A stretch of 64,000 nt of DNA from an uncultured Christensenellaceae bacterium (GCA_910589015.1 CAJUSA010000002.1:120928-184927); one strand, 5' to 3'; shown: positions 29,413 through 39,978, numbered from the stretch's first letter. Program-made: numbers and translations. Notes: generated by a model from the letters alone, not told the origin.

Positions 29413-31043
29413 GATATTTGCTCGGAAATGCGTTTTGCGGTCTCTTTTTTACCTAAAATCTGCATGATCGACCACAAATCGGGCGTATTCGCTTTTCCCG
29501 TGACGGCAATGCGCAAGACTTCGGCAACATCGGAAACGCTGCCCTTGAAGTTCTCGGGGCAGGCTTTGTAAGCCTTCATATCGCTCGCAAACCCCTCTTT
29601 CTCAGCAACGGCTTTTACTTTTTCGAACCAAAGTTGCGCGTCGTCCGCAGCCGAATAGCCTGCAAGAAAATCACGCAGGATCGCGTTCCGATCCTCTTGC
29701 GTTACGCGGTACGGCTCGTAAGAAACGGGGCGGGAAAAGAAATAGGAAAGCAGGTTCACCGCCTCTTTCGCCGTCGCAAAATCCTTTCTGCGTTTTTTGC
29801 CCGCCGTGCCCATGCAGAGGTTGAGCACCCTAAGCATATATTTCCGATCGGCAAAATATGTCTTTTGCTCTTCGTCCGCAAACTCCTGCGCCCAACCGCA
29901 GAGGAAGTCGTACGCCTCTTCGGCAGAAAGCCGCGCGAATTCGTTTTTGGCGACGTCGTTCAGCTTGTCCAGATCGAACAGCGTGCCGCTCTTACTCATC
30001 TTCGACGCCTTGAAAGGAAATTCTTCAAACGGTTTATCGGGGAATTTACGGTACCAGTCCTCAAAGTCGGAATTGAGCAGCGTTAAAATATACACTTTTA
30101 CCGCGCGGGGATGATACCCTTCCTGACGGTAAAAGCCGAGGGAAAGCTCGGGGTCTTTGCGCTTACTGAGTTTGCGGCGCGTTTCGCCGTCCTGTTTCAT
30201 CAGCGAGCAGTTGTGCCCGTAGCGCGGGCGGACAAATCCGAGCGCGTCGAACAGTTCGATATGCACGGGCAACGACGAGAGCCATTCCTCGCCGCGCAAA
30301 ACGAGCGTCGTGCGCATAAAATGGTCGTCGATCGCATGGGCGAAATGATAGGTCGGAATGCCGTCGCTTTTGAGAATGACCACGTCCTGATCGTTTTCGG
30401 TCACCGTGATTTCGCCCTTGATTTCGTCGCGGAATTTGAGTTTATTTTCGGGATTTCCGAGCGACTTCAACCGCAGGACGTAAGGCTTGCCCGCATCGAG
30501 GTTTTGATAAATCTCTTCTTCCGTAAGATTGCGGCATTTGGCATATACGCCGTAATAGCCCGTGATCTTCTTTTCCGCCGTCTGCTTTTCACGCAAAGCG
30601 GTAAGCTCTTCTTCGGCACAAAAACAAGGATAGGCGCGCCCCTTTTCCACGAGCGATTTTGCAAACGCATGGTAAAGTTCGGCACGCTGACGCTGATAAT
30701 ACGGCGCGTATTCGTTCGCCGCCTCGATTTCGGCACCCTCGTCGAAATGAATATCGAAATAGCTCATTGCCTCGATCACGGCTTCCACCGCCCCGTCGAC
30801 CTTGCGCTTTAAGTCGGTATCCTCGATCCGAAGATAGAGAACGCCGCCGCTGCGGTGCGCGATGCGCTCGTTCGCCACGGCAACGAAGAGGTTGCCCAGA
30901 TGGATAAAGCCCGTGGGCGAAGGCGCAAGCCGCGTTACTTCCGCCCCTTTTTCGAGCGCACGCGGCGGGTAAATCTCTTCATAATAAGAAAGCGGTTTAT
31001 ACTCTTCGGGGAAGAGCCTGTTTGCAAGTTTTTTATAATCCAT
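29409..31043 (-). CDS. gltX: Glutamate--tRNA ligase
   Basis: APSPTGFIHLGN (HIGH-like), RIEDTDLKR and KLSKRK (KMSKS-like). 544 aa. Confidence 0.88.
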   Translation of the reverse strand: MDYKKLANRLFPEEYKPLSYYEEIYPPRALEKGAEVTRLAPSPTGFIHLGNLFVAVANERIAHRSGGVLYLRIEDTDLKRKVDGAVEAVIEAMSYFDIHFDEGAEIEAANEYAPYYQRQRAELYHAFAKSLVEKGRAYPCFCAEEELTALREKQTAEKKITGYYGVYAKCRNLTEEEIYQNLDAGKPYVLRLKSLGNPENKLKFRDEIKGEITVTENDQDVVILKSDGIPTYHFAHAIDDHFMRTTLVLRGEEWLSSLPVHIELFDALGFVRPRYGHNCSLMKQDGETRRKLSKRKDPELSLGFYRQEGYHPRAVKVYILTLLNSDFEDWYRKFPDKPFEEFPFKASKMSKSGTLFDLDKLNDVAKNEFARLSAEEAYDFLCGWAQEFADEEQKTYFADRKYMLRVLNLCMGTAGKKRRKDFATAKEAVNLLSYFFSRPVSYEPYRVTQEDRNAILRDFLAGYSAADDAQLWFEKVKAVAEKEGFASDMKAYKACPENFKGSVSDVAEVLRIAVTGKANTPDLWSIMQILGKKETAKRISEQIS

Positions 31044-31084
31044 ATTAAACCCTCACTTCTGTATTTCCTGCATGCCGTTCGATC

Positions 31085-31591
31085 TTAAAACTTAAATCCC
31101 GCGGCTTCTGCTATGTCCGCAACCGTTTCTTCAATCGTTTTTCCGCCGCAGTCGACGGTGCAATCGGCATACTTTTCATAAAGCGGCACGCGTTCCTCAT
31201 AGAGCTCGTCGAGCGAAGAAACGTCGCCGCGCATGACGACGCCGCGTTTTTCGAACGAAGGAATGCGTTCTTTTACGGCGTCTATCCCCAGTTTCAGATA
31301 AACTACCTTTCCGATCGTTTTAAGATGTTCCATCGCCCGCGCACAATAAACGACGCTGCCGCCCGTAGCGATCACGCAACGGCTGGCATACAGTCCTGCA
31401 TTGACGCGCTCTTCCACCTGTAAAAAACCATCCGCGCCGCGCTTTTCGATAATTTCACACAATAGCGCGCCCTCTTCGCCCTGAATGAGCAAATCGCAGT
31501 CGATAAAGCCGTAGCCGATCCTTTTGGCAAGCAGTACGCCGGCGGTCGATTTTCCCGATGAGGGCATACCGATCAAGATAAGATTATCCAT
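31085..31591 (-). CDS. aroK: Shikimate kinase
   Basis: Walker A LIGMPSSGKST. 168 aa. Confidence 0.9.
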   Translation of the reverse strand: MDNLILIGMPSSGKSTAGVLLAKRIGYGFIDCDLLIQGEEGALLCEIIEKRGADGFLQVEERVNAGLYASRCVIATGGSVVYCARAMEHLKTIGKVVYLKLGIDAVKERIPSFEKRGVVMRGDVSSLDELYEERVPLYEKYADCTVDCGGKTIEETVADIAEAAGFKF

Positions 31592-31729
31592 ACCGTTTTA
31601 TTATAAACGCTGTGCGCTTTTTTGTCAATCAAACCGTCCGACAAATATTTCATAAAAATCTTTCGCTAAGCGCTTGACAATATACGGTTTGTATATTATA
31701 ATAAAGAAAATTTTTTCAGGAGAAGATTT

Positions 31730-32158
31730 ATGAAAAAGAAACTTGCAACTCTCATCACCTCTCTCACGCTCGTTGCGGTGCTGTTGTTCACGCTCTGCGG
31801 TTGCTCGACCTACGGCAAAGTGCAAAAAGCCTTCAAAAATGACGGCTGGACCGAACAGACCGAAGTATCCGACGCACAGAAAGACGCCGTGACCGCGATC
31901 TTCGGCGAAGATGCGGAAAGCAAACTCACCATTCACGTTTTCACGAAGGGTGTTCTCGGCGTTGCCACGGTAGTCGAATTCAAATCGGATAAAGAAATGA
32001 CCGAAAGCCTCAAAACGCTTACCGAAGATCCCATTATCGGTTCTTATGTAAAAAACTTCATCGATAACATTCAGGATTGCCAGATCGTAAACGGAAACTG
32101 CGTTCTCGTCAGCGGATTTGTGGCGGGCGGACTCGAAACCTTCAAAAAATCCAAATAA
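31730..32158 (+). CDS. Hypothetical lipoprotein
   Basis: Signal peptide with a lipobox (LFTLCGC). Promoter TTGACA-N16/17-TATAAT upstream. Confidence 0.65.
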   Translation: MKKKLATLITSLTLVAVLLFTLCGCSTYGKVQKAFKNDGWTEQTEVSDAQKDAVTAIFGEDAESKLTIHVFTKGVLGVATVVEFKSDKEMTESLKTLTEDPIIGSYVKNFIDNIQDCQIVNGNCVLVSGFVAGGLETFKKSK

Positions 32159-32174
32159 GAGAGAATAACCGAAA

Positions 32175-32651
32175 ATGGCAAAAAAGAAAAAATCAAAACT
32201 GAAACTTTCCCCGATTCTGGCGGCCGCATCCGCGCTGCTTGCGCTCGTGGCATTGCTTTTAATTTTTGCGCCTGCCATTGTAGGCAAGACCTTCGGTACC
32301 TCTTACACGGGTATCGAGACTGTTTTCGGAAAGACGAAAAACAATATTACCATCCTCAAATTCTCGTTCGGCAACCTCGTGCCCTATCTACTCCTTCTTG
32401 TCGGGATCGTGCTTGCCGTGCTTGCCACGCTCGGAAAAGGCGGCAACCTTGTTGCTTTTCTTACCGCAGCCGCATTCGTCGCCGCGGGCGTCCTGCTTTT
32501 CTGCGCCGTTCCCATGACGGCGTTCAATGCGGGCAGTCTGGCGGAAGAAACCGCGAAAAACTATACCCTTGCGGCGGGTACGATCACGGGCGGCGTCCTT
32601 TCTCTTCTTTCAGGACTGCTCATGCTCGCAAAGGTTTTCGTAAAAAAATAA
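32175..32651 (+). CDS. Hypothetical integral membrane protein
   Basis: Basic N-terminus MAKKKKSKLK and 4 predicted TM helices. Confidence 0.6.
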   Translation: MAKKKKSKLKLSPILAAASALLALVALLLIFAPAIVGKTFGTSYTGIETVFGKTKNNITILKFSFGNLVPYLLLLVGIVLAVLATLGKGGNLVAFLTAAAFVAAGVLLFCAVPMTAFNAGSLAEETAKNYTLAAGTITGGVLSLLSGLLMLAKVFVKK

Positions 32652-32656
32652 ACGCG

Positions 32657-32692
32657 AAAAAAAACCCTTCCCTCTGCGGAAGGGATTTTTTT
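32657..32692 (+). terminator. Intrinsic terminator
   Basis: Stem CCCTTCC / GGAAGGG followed by a T-run. Confidence 0.7.
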
Positions 32693-32787
32693 GCAATCTT
32701 TGAAAAAAGCCCGTAAAAAAAGTTGTTTTTTCCGAACAGATATGTTATACTTTTTCTTGATTGAAACAATAAAAAAGGACGTATGGA

Positions 32788-33105
32788 ATGAACGCAAACA
32801 ATCTTTCTTCGATCATCGCACAATTACTCGCACCCGCGCACCCCGCTTACTTCCCCGTAAGCCTTACCCTCATCATTTTGATGGGTGTTGCCGCGCTTGC
32901 CGCGATTATTCTCGTCATGCTTCAGCCCGGCAACTCGCAGGGCATCGACGCGCTCGGCGGATCGAGCGAAACTTTTTACGGCAAAAATAAGGGTCGTTCT
33001 TTGGAATCCAAATTAAAAATGTGGACTTATATCTGTCTCGGCGTGTTAGCCGTTCTCGCAATCGTATTCTTTATTTTGCAGATCGACGCAATCTGGAATA
33101 TCTGA
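32788..33105 (+). CDS. secG: Preprotein translocase subunit SecG
   Basis: Two TM helices flanking a Gly-rich loop (LQPGNSQGIDALGGSSETFYG). secG-rnr-smpB synteny is typical of Firmicutes. Confidence 0.75.
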   Translation: MNANNLSSIIAQLLAPAHPAYFPVSLTLIILMGVAALAAIILVMLQPGNSQGIDALGGSSETFYGKNKGRSLESKLKMWTYICLGVLAVLAIVFFILQIDAIWNI

Positions 33106-33182
33106 TTCGGAAACATATTGGTCGAAAACAAGGGGCGGCTGTTACGGCACGCCCCTTATTCTATCTATTAAGGAACAACACA

Positions 33183-35258
33183 TTGAAAGCAAAACAATTT
33201 TTACTCGAAAAAATTAAGGACGGAACGTTCGCCCTGCTCACCGATACCGAAATCGCAAAACGGCTGCGCTTGAAAAAACAAGAGTCCTACGCTCTGCGCG
33301 ACATGCTGCACGCTCTCGTCCGCGAAGGCGAACTTTTAAGCGATTCGCGCTACCGTTATGGCACGGCGGAACAGTTTCAGGCAAAAAAAGGCATTATTTC
33401 GGGCAACGAACGCGGCTTTGCATTTTTTGTGCCCGACGACAACTCGGGCGATTTGTTCCTGCCGCGGAACAGTCTGAACGGCGCCTTGCACGGCGATACC
33501 GTGCTTGCCGTGCCCGCAAAGACTTACGGCGACAGCGGCGAAGTACTCGCCGTGATCGACCGCGGTTACAAAACCTTCGTGGGCACCTACCGCGGCGCAC
33601 GCGGCGGCGGTTATGTGAAACCCGACGAACGCAAACTCAATCTATTGCCCTTCGTTCCCTTCCGCAAAAACCTTTCCTGCAAGGACGGCGACAAAGTCGT
33701 CGTAAAAATGATTTCGTATAACGAGAAGAATCAGCTTGCCGAAGTCGTGGAAACGCTCGGAACGAGCGGCGATTTCCTTACCGAAGAGCTTGCGCTCATC
33801 CGCGCGCACAATTTGCGCGAGGAATTTCCCGAAGAGGTTCTGAAAGACGCCGATAAAGCCGCACAAAAACAACTTCTGCGCGAAGGGCGCGTCGATCTGC
33901 GCGACCATCTTATCATCACCGTAGACGGCGAAGACACACGCGACATCGACGACGCGATTTCCGTTGAAAAGAAGGACGGAAAATATTATCTCGGCGTGCA
34001 TATCGCCGACGTTTCTTCTTACGTTCCGCGCGGGTGCGCGCTCGACGAAGAGGCGTTCCGCCGCGGCACGAGCGCGTATTTTCCCGACCGCGTGCTGCCC
34101 ATGCTTCCCACCGCCCTCTCGAACGGCATCTGTTCGCTCAACGAAGGCGTCGAACGCTTTACCCTATCGTGTTTTATGACGATCGACAGAAAGGGAAACG
34201 TGCTTGAAAAACGCGTCGCTCCGTCGATCATCGTATCGCGCCACCGCATGACCTATACCGCCGTGACCGCGCTTTCCGAACACGATAAAGCTGCCGTGCG
34301 GCAATATCCCGATCTTGTGGAATTCGTCGATACGGCGATCGAGCTGACAAAAATCTTAAAAGCGGCGCGGGAAAGCCGCGGCGGCGTGGCTCTTGACATC
34401 AAAGAGGCGAAAATTCTGTTTGAGAACGGCAGAATTTCCATTCCCGATTACAACCGCTCGATCTCGCATGAAATGATCGAGCAATTCATGGTACTCGCCA
34501 ACGAAAGCGTAGCGACCATAATGACGCAGATGGAAATGCCCTTCGTATACCGCGTGCACGAACAACCGTCGGAAGAGAAAGCGCAGGATTTTACTTCGTT
34601 TTTGCGCGAGGCGGGCGTGCGGGCGAAATTCGATTCTTCCAACGTGCGCCCTGTCGATTACGCGGCGCTGTTGCGTTCGCTCGAAGGCGATCCGCTGTAT
34701 CCGCTCGTCAACCGCGTCATGTTGCGGTCGATGATGAAGGCGCGTTATGCGGAAGTCAACCTCGGGCACTTCGGCTTGGCGTCTGACTGCTACTGCCACT
34801 TCACTTCCCCCATTCGCCGTTATCCTGATCTGTGCATTCACCGCATTATAAAAGATGCGCTCACCGATCCCGCCGCGGCGCGGAAACGGCACGAAAATTT
34901 CGTCAAAGAAGCGTCCGTCCGCTCTTCGTTATGCGAAAAGAACGCAACGGACGCCGAACGCGACGTCGACGCACTCTATATCGCCGCCTATATGGACGGA
35001 AAGATCGGCGAGGAATACGACGCAACGATCTCGGGCGTGACCTCTTTCGGAATTTTCTGCGAACTCGACAACACGATCGAAGGCATCATCCCCCTCGAAA
35101 CGCTGCCCGAAGACAGTTACGAATTTCTCGAAAACCGTTACACGTTGCGCGGCATGAAAAACTCCTTCCGCCTGGGCGAACACGTGCGCGTACTTGTCGC
35201 CGCGGTCGACTGGGGACTCAGAAGAGTTCATTTTGCCTATCTTGCAAAACTTGCCTGA
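33183..35258 (+). CDS. rnr: Ribonuclease R
   Basis: RNB catalytic motif DGEDTRDIDDAIS and a C-terminal S1 domain. A TTG start at 33183 with an AAGGA SD is preferred, because the ORF-track start at 33021 would overlap secG. Confidence 0.88.
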   Translation: MKAKQFLLEKIKDGTFALLTDTEIAKRLRLKKQESYALRDMLHALVREGELLSDSRYRYGTAEQFQAKKGIISGNERGFAFFVPDDNSGDLFLPRNSLNGALHGDTVLAVPAKTYGDSGEVLAVIDRGYKTFVGTYRGARGGGYVKPDERKLNLLPFVPFRKNLSCKDGDKVVVKMISYNEKNQLAEVVETLGTSGDFLTEELALIRAHNLREEFPEEVLKDADKAAQKQLLREGRVDLRDHLIITVDGEDTRDIDDAISVEKKDGKYYLGVHIADVSSYVPRGCALDEEAFRRGTSAYFPDRVLPMLPTALSNGICSLNEGVERFTLSCFMTIDRKGNVLEKRVAPSIIVSRHRMTYTAVTALSEHDKAAVRQYPDLVEFVDTAIELTKILKAARESRGGVALDIKEAKILFENGRISIPDYNRSISHEMIEQFMVLANESVATIMTQMEMPFVYRVHEQPSEEKAQDFTSFLREAGVRAKFDSSNVRPVDYAALLRSLEGDPLYPLVNRVMLRSMMKARYAEVNLGHFGLASDCYCHFTSPIRRYPDLCIHRIIKDALTDPAAARKRHENFVKEASVRSSLCEKNATDAERDVDALYIAAYMDGKIGEEYDATISGVTSFGIFCELDNTIEGIIPLETLPEDSYEFLENRYTLRGMKNSFRLGEHVRVLVAAVDWGLRRVHFAYLAKLA

Positions 35259-35301
35259 ATTTTCTTGTCAGAAAAAAACAGGCATGCTATAATATAAGAT
35301 A

Positions 35302-35754
35302 ATGAAAATAATCGCTCTCAACAAATCCGCGTCATACGAATATTTTATCGAGGATAAATACGAGGCGGGCATCGTGCTCGAAGGCAGCGAAGTAAAATCG
35401 CTGCGCGCGGGCAGAGCGTCGCTCGGAGAAAGTTTCTGCGAAATCCGCGGCGGCGAAGTCTTTCTCAAAAACATGCACATCGCCCTTTACGATAAAAGCG
35501 GCGCATTTTCCACGCGCGATTCGAGAAAAGACCGCAAACTGCTTTTACACCGCGAGGAAATCGCAAAAATCGTCGGAAAAGTAAACGAACGCGGTTATAC
35601 ACTCGTGCCTTTGAAAATCTATTTCAAAGAAGCGCTCGTCAAAGTGGAAGTCGCGCTTTGCAAGGGCAAACACACATACGATAAAAAACGTTCGCTTATG
35701 GAACGCGATATCAAGCGCGAAACCGACCGCGCGTTAAAAGAATTCAACCGTTAA
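35302..35754 (+). CDS. smpB: SsrA-binding protein
   Basis: NKSASYEYFIEDKYEAGIVLEGSEVKSLR is canonical SmpB. Confidence 0.95.
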   Translation: MKIIALNKSASYEYFIEDKYEAGIVLEGSEVKSLRAGRASLGESFCEIRGGEVFLKNMHIALYDKSGAFSTRDSRKDRKLLLHREEIAKIVGKVNERGYTLVPLKIYFKEALVKVEVALCKGKHTYDKKRSLMERDIKRETDRALKEFNR

Positions 35755-35766
35755 GGAGAAAATATT

Positions 35767-37038
35767 ATGAGCAACTACAAAACCGATACGCTTTGCGTAC
35801 AAGCGGGTTACAAACCCGAAACGGGCGAGAGCCGCATTCCCCAGATCTGCCAGAGCACCACCTTTTATTACGGCGAAACGCAAGCCATGGCGGATCTGTT
35901 CGACCTGAAAGCGAACGGATTTTTCTACTCCCGCCTTGCCAACCCCACCGTGGAAGCGCTCGAAAAGAAGATCACTGCGCTCGAAGGCGGCGCGTACGCC
36001 CTCGGTTGCGCGTCGGGCATGTCTGCCATTCTGCTCACCGTGATGACGGTGTGCGGTGCGGGCGACAACATTGTTTGCGCAAGCGAGATTTACGGCGGCA
36101 CTTATAATCTATTTGCAGTCACGTTGCCCAAATTCGGCATCGAATGCCGCTTTTTCAACGCCGACGACAGCGCGGAAAAAATCAATTCGCTCATCGATAA
36201 AAACACCAAACTCGTCTTTGCGGAAACGATCGCCAACCCCGCGATCGTCGTGCTCGATTTCGATAAAATTTCCGCAATCTGTAAACAACAAGGCGTACTC
36301 TTTGCCGTAGACAACACGCTTGCCACGCCAGCCCTCTGCCGCCCCGCCGAATGGGGCGTGGATATCGTCATTCACTCGACGACCAAATATATGGACGGGC
36401 ACGCGGCGGCGCTCGGCGGAATGATCGTCGACTGCGGTACGTTTGTATTCAAAAACAATCCCCGTTATCCCGCCTTCAACACGCCCGACGAAAGCTATCA
36501 CGGTTTGGTTTACGCCGATCTTACCGTAGCGTTCGGCACCAAATGCCGCGCGCAGATGATGCGCGATACGGGCGCGATCATGAGTCCGCAGAACGCCTTT
36601 TTGACCTATATCGGTTCGGATACGCTTGCCCTGCGCATGGAACGCCACAGCCGCAACGCCGAAAAGGTGGCGCTGTATCTGAAAAATCATCCCAAAATCG
36701 AATGGGTGAAATATGCCGCCCTTGACGACAGTCCTTACCGCGCTTTGGCGCAGAAATATCTTCCGAACGGCTGCGGCGGCATGATGAGTTTCGGCATCAA
36801 AGGCGGCTCGAAGGCTTGCGCACGGTTCATGGAAGCATTGAAACTCGTCACGCAAGAAACGCACGTCGCCGACGTGAGAAGCTGCATTCTGCACCCCGCC
36901 TCAACGACCCACCGCCAGCTCAGCGACAAACAACTCGAAGAAGCGGGCATTGCGCCCAACCTTGTGCGGCTTTCGGTCGGAATCGAAGCCGTCGAGGATA
37001 TCATCTCCGACGTCGAAAACGCGTTGAAATCCGTTTAA
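35767..37038 (+). CDS. metY: O-acetylhomoserine aminocarboxypropyltransferase (sulfhydrylase)
   Basis: PLP-lysine motif HSTTKYMDGH. 423 aa, Cys/Met-metabolism PLP family. Confidence 0.88.
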   Translation: MSNYKTDTLCVQAGYKPETGESRIPQICQSTTFYYGETQAMADLFDLKANGFFYSRLANPTVEALEKKITALEGGAYALGCASGMSAILLTVMTVCGAGDNIVCASEIYGGTYNLFAVTLPKFGIECRFFNADDSAEKINSLIDKNTKLVFAETIANPAIVVLDFDKISAICKQQGVLFAVDNTLATPALCRPAEWGVDIVIHSTTKYMDGHAAALGGMIVDCGTFVFKNNPRYPAFNTPDESYHGLVYADLTVAFGTKCRAQMMRDTGAIMSPQNAFLTYIGSDTLALRMERHSRNAEKVALYLKNHPKIEWVKYAALDDSPYRALAQKYLPNGCGGMMSFGIKGGSKACARFMEALKLVTQETHVADVRSCILHPASTTHRQLSDKQLEEAGIAPNLVRLSVGIEAVEDIISDVENALKSV

Positions 37039-37057
37039 TTTAACAAATCACACCGTT

Positions 37058-37963
37058 ATGCCTATCGTCATTGATAAAAATATTCCTGCCTATTCGGTGT
37101 TGCGCAACGAACACATCTTCGTTATGGATAAAGAACGTGCGGTTTCGCAGGACATCCGTCCCATTGAAATCGCCATTCTCAACCTGATGCCGACCAAAAC
37201 GGAAACCGAAACGCAGTTCATGCGGCTTTTATCCAACTCGCCGTTACAGGTAAACATCTCACTTATTCATACGCAGAGCTATCGCTCGAAAAATACCGAC
37301 GCGGCATACCTCGATCGGTTTTATGTGCCCTTCGAGCAGATCAAAGACCGACATTTCGACGGCATGATCGTTACGGGCGCGCCCGTGGAAGATTTGCCCT
37401 TTTCCGAAGTCGCGTATTGGCAGGAGCTGAAAACGCTGTTCGATTTTACACGGACGAACGTCACCTCGACCATCTTCATCTGCTGGGGTGCGATGGCGGC
37501 GCTCAACTACTTTTACGGTATCGAAAAAATCGCATTGCCGCAAAAACTGTTCGGCGTATTCGCGCATAAAAAAACGGCGACGGACGGAAACGATCCGTTG
37601 ATGCGCGGCATTTCGGACGTATTCCATATCTGCCACTCGCGCCATTCCACCGTGCGGTTATCCGACGTAAAAAAACAAAACAACTTAAAAATACTCGCTA
37701 CGTCGGCGCGCGCGGGCGTTTCGATCGTCAGTAGCTTGGACGACAAGGAAATTTTCGTGCTCGGGCACATGGAATACGACCGCGATACGCTCAAAAAAGA
37801 ATATGAACGCGACCTTGCCAAGGGCTTGCCTATTTCCAAACCACACAGCTATTTTGCCGACCGCTCTTGCAAAAAAATAAACATGAACTGGACTTCAACC
37901 GCCAACCTGTTCTATAATAATTGGCTCAACTTTGTTTATCAAACGACGCCTTACCGTTTATAA
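37058..37963 (+). CDS. metA: Homoserine O-acyltransferase (MetA family)
   Basis: IAILNLMPTKTETE and the remaining MetA architecture. 301 aa. Confidence 0.9.
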   Translation: MPIVIDKNIPAYSVLRNEHIFVMDKERAVSQDIRPIEIAILNLMPTKTETETQFMRLLSNSPLQVNISLIHTQSYRSKNTDAAYLDRFYVPFEQIKDRHFDGMIVTGAPVEDLPFSEVAYWQELKTLFDFTRTNVTSTIFICWGAMAALNYFYGIEKIALPQKLFGVFAHKKTATDGNDPLMRGISDVFHICHSRHSTVRLSDVKKQNNLKILATSARAGVSIVSSLDDKEIFVLGHMEYDRDTLKKEYERDLAKGLPISKPHSYFADRSCKKINMNWTSTANLFYNNWLNFVYQTTPYRL

Positions 37964-38014
37964 CAACCGAAACCATAAAAAAACGCCCCCGAAGAGGGGG
38001 CGTTTTTCGTGCAA

Positions 38015-39922
38015 TCAGAACGCTTTTTTGCTTGCAATTTCTTCAAGAACAAGCGAAATGAATTTATCGGTCTGCATTTCGCCGATATCGCCATCGCCGC
38101 GGCGGCGCACCGAAACCGTTCCCGCCTCGACTTCTTTATCGCCGATCACAAGTTTATACGGCACTTTTTCCTGCTCGGCGTCAAAAATCTTTCTGCCGAT
38201 CTTCTCTTTGCGCAGATCCGCCTCGGCGCGCAAACCCGCCGCTTTCATGTCTGCAACGAGTTTTTCGCAATATTCCGCCGCACGGTCGGTAACAGGTAGC
38301 ACTTTGATCTGCACGGGCGAGAGCCAAACGGGGAATTTTCCTGCATAGTGCTCGATCAGAATGCCGATAAAGCGCTCGATCGAACCGAAGACAACGCGGT
38401 GGATCATAATCGGGCGGTGTTTGAGCCCGTCCTCTCCCACATATTCGAGGTCGAACCGCTGCGGCATTTGGAAATCGAGCTGTATCGTGCCGCACTGCCA
38501 CGTTCTCTTAATGCTGTCTTCGAGATGGAAATCGATTTTCGGGCCGTAGAACGCACCGTCGCCTTCGTTGATCACATAAGGAAGTTTTAGCTCGTCGAGC
38601 GCGGCTTTGAGCGCGCTTGTTGCCGCTTCCCAATCCTCGTCGCTGCCCATAGAATCTTTGGGTCGCGTGGAAAGTTCGACGTGATACTTAAAGCCGAAGA
38701 GCGAATAAACCTCGTCGATGATCCGCACGACGCCCTTAATCTCTTTCGTGATCTGTTCGGGCGTCATGAAAATATGCGCGTCGTCCTGCGTAAAACATCT
38801 CACGCGCATCAGCCCGTGAAGCTGACCACTCTTCTCGTGGCGGTGCACCAGTCCCAGCTCGCCCATGCGAATGGGCAGATCTTTATAGCTGTGCGGCGAG
38901 TTTTTATACACGAGCAGACCGCCGGGGCAGTTCATGGGCTTAACCGCGCAATCCTCGCCGTCGATCTTAGTCGTGTACATATTGTCTTTATAGTGATCCC
39001 AGTGCCCCGAGTTTTCCCAAAGCGTGCGCGTGAGAATGATGGGCGTCTGCACTTCGACATAACCTTCTCTTCTGTGGATCTGACGCCAATAATCGACGAG
39101 TTCGTTTTTGAGGATCATGCCGTTGGGCAGGAAGAAAGGAAAACCCTTTCCTTCGGGCAGCAACGCAAAGAGTTTGAGTTCCTTGCCGAGCTTGATGTGA
39201 TCGCGCTTTTTCGCCTCTTCGAGCATGGTGAAATATTCGTCCATTTCCTCTTTTTTGGCAAACGCCGTACCGTAGATACGGGTAAGCATTTTCTTCTTTT
39301 CGTCGCCGCGCCAATACGCGCCCGCAATGGAAACGAGCTTGAACGCCTTGATCTTCCCCGTCGAAGGCAGGTGCGGGCCGCGGCAGAGATCGGTGAACGC
39401 GCCCTGCTTATAAAAAGAAATTTCTTCGCCTGCAGGCAGATCCTGAATAAGCTCTACTTTATAATTTTCATGGAATTTATGCATGAAAGCAACCGCCTCG
39501 TCACGGGAAAGCGTAAACCTTTCGATGGGCAGATTGCTCTTGATGATCTTCTTCATTTCCGCCTCGATTTTCGAAAAATCTTCGGGCGTGATGGGCGTTT
39601 TGAAATCGACGTCGTAATAAAAACCGTTTTCGATGACGGGGCCGATCGCCAGCTTGCATGTGGGGTATACGGTTTTCAGCGCCTGCGCTAAAACGTGCGC
39701 GCAGGTGTGGCGGTAAACTTCGAGCCCCTCTTTGTCTTTCAGCGTGACGATTTCGAGCGCATCGCCCTCTTTCAAGACGGTTGCAAGATCGCAAAGTTCG
39801 CCGTTGATCTTCGCCGCGACCGCTGCGCGTGCAAGACCTTCCGAAAGCGTTTGTGCCGCGGCAAGCGCACTCGCGCCTTCCGCCACCTGAAGTTCGTCGC
39901 CGTTTTTAAGTTTGATTTTCAC
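38015..39922 (-). CDS. thrS: Threonine--tRNA ligase
   Basis: TGS domain at the N-terminus (VKIKLKNGDELQVAEG) and class II core motifs. GTG start at 39922 with the SD AAGGAGAGG. A T-box leader lies upstream. Confidence 0.95.
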   Translation of the reverse strand: MKIKLKNGDELQVAEGASALAAAQTLSEGLARAAVAAKINGELCDLATVLKEGDALEIVTLKDKEGLEVYRHTCAHVLAQALKTVYPTCKLAIGPVIENGFYYDVDFKTPITPEDFSKIEAEMKKIIKSNLPIERFTLSRDEAVAFMHKFHENYKVELIQDLPAGEEISFYKQGAFTDLCRGPHLPSTGKIKAFKLVSIAGAYWRGDEKKKMLTRIYGTAFAKKEEMDEYFTMLEEAKKRDHIKLGKELKLFALLPEGKGFPFFLPNGMILKNELVDYWRQIHRREGYVEVQTPIILTRTLWENSGHWDHYKDNMYTTKIDGEDCAVKPMNCPGGLLVYKNSPHSYKDLPIRMGELGLVHRHEKSGQLHGLMRVRCFTQDDAHIFMTPEQITKEIKGVVRIIDEVYSLFGFKYHVELSTRPKDSMGSDEDWEAATSALKAALDELKLPYVINEGDGAFYGPKIDFHLEDSIKRTWQCGTIQLDFQMPQRFDLEYVGEDGLKHRPIMIHRVVFGSIERFIGILIEHYAGKFPVWLSPVQIKVLPVTDRAAEYCEKLVADMKAAGLRAEADLRKEKIGRKIFDAEQEKVPYKLVIGDKEVEAGTVSVRRRGDGDIGEMQTDKFISLVLEEIASKKAF

Positions 39923-39957
39923 GGTATTTCCTCTCCTTATGCCGAAAAATCGGCTTG

Positions 39958-39978
39958 TTATGCGTGACATAGTACTGT
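39958..39978 (-). repeat. Copy 6 of the recurrent motif
   Basis: Plus strand TTATGCGTGACATAGTACTGT. It lies between the T-box terminator and the thrS SD. Confidence 0.6.

Noticed and set aside
31625-32287. 220-aa minus-strand ORF spanning the lipoprotein and membrane-protein genes.
   Set aside because: The plus-strand genes have a promoter, SDs, a lipobox or signal peptide and a terminator. The minus ORF has none of these and has an odd composition.
33021-33182. Upstream extension of rnr that overlaps secG.
   Set aside because: The extension has no RNase R-like sequence, a hairpin follows secG, and a TTG at 33183 has an SD. I therefore annotated the shorter gene.
35755-35766. Expected tmRNA (ssrA) or an S-box riboswitch after smpB.
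   Set aside because: Only 12 nt separate smpB and metY, so neither element can be present here.
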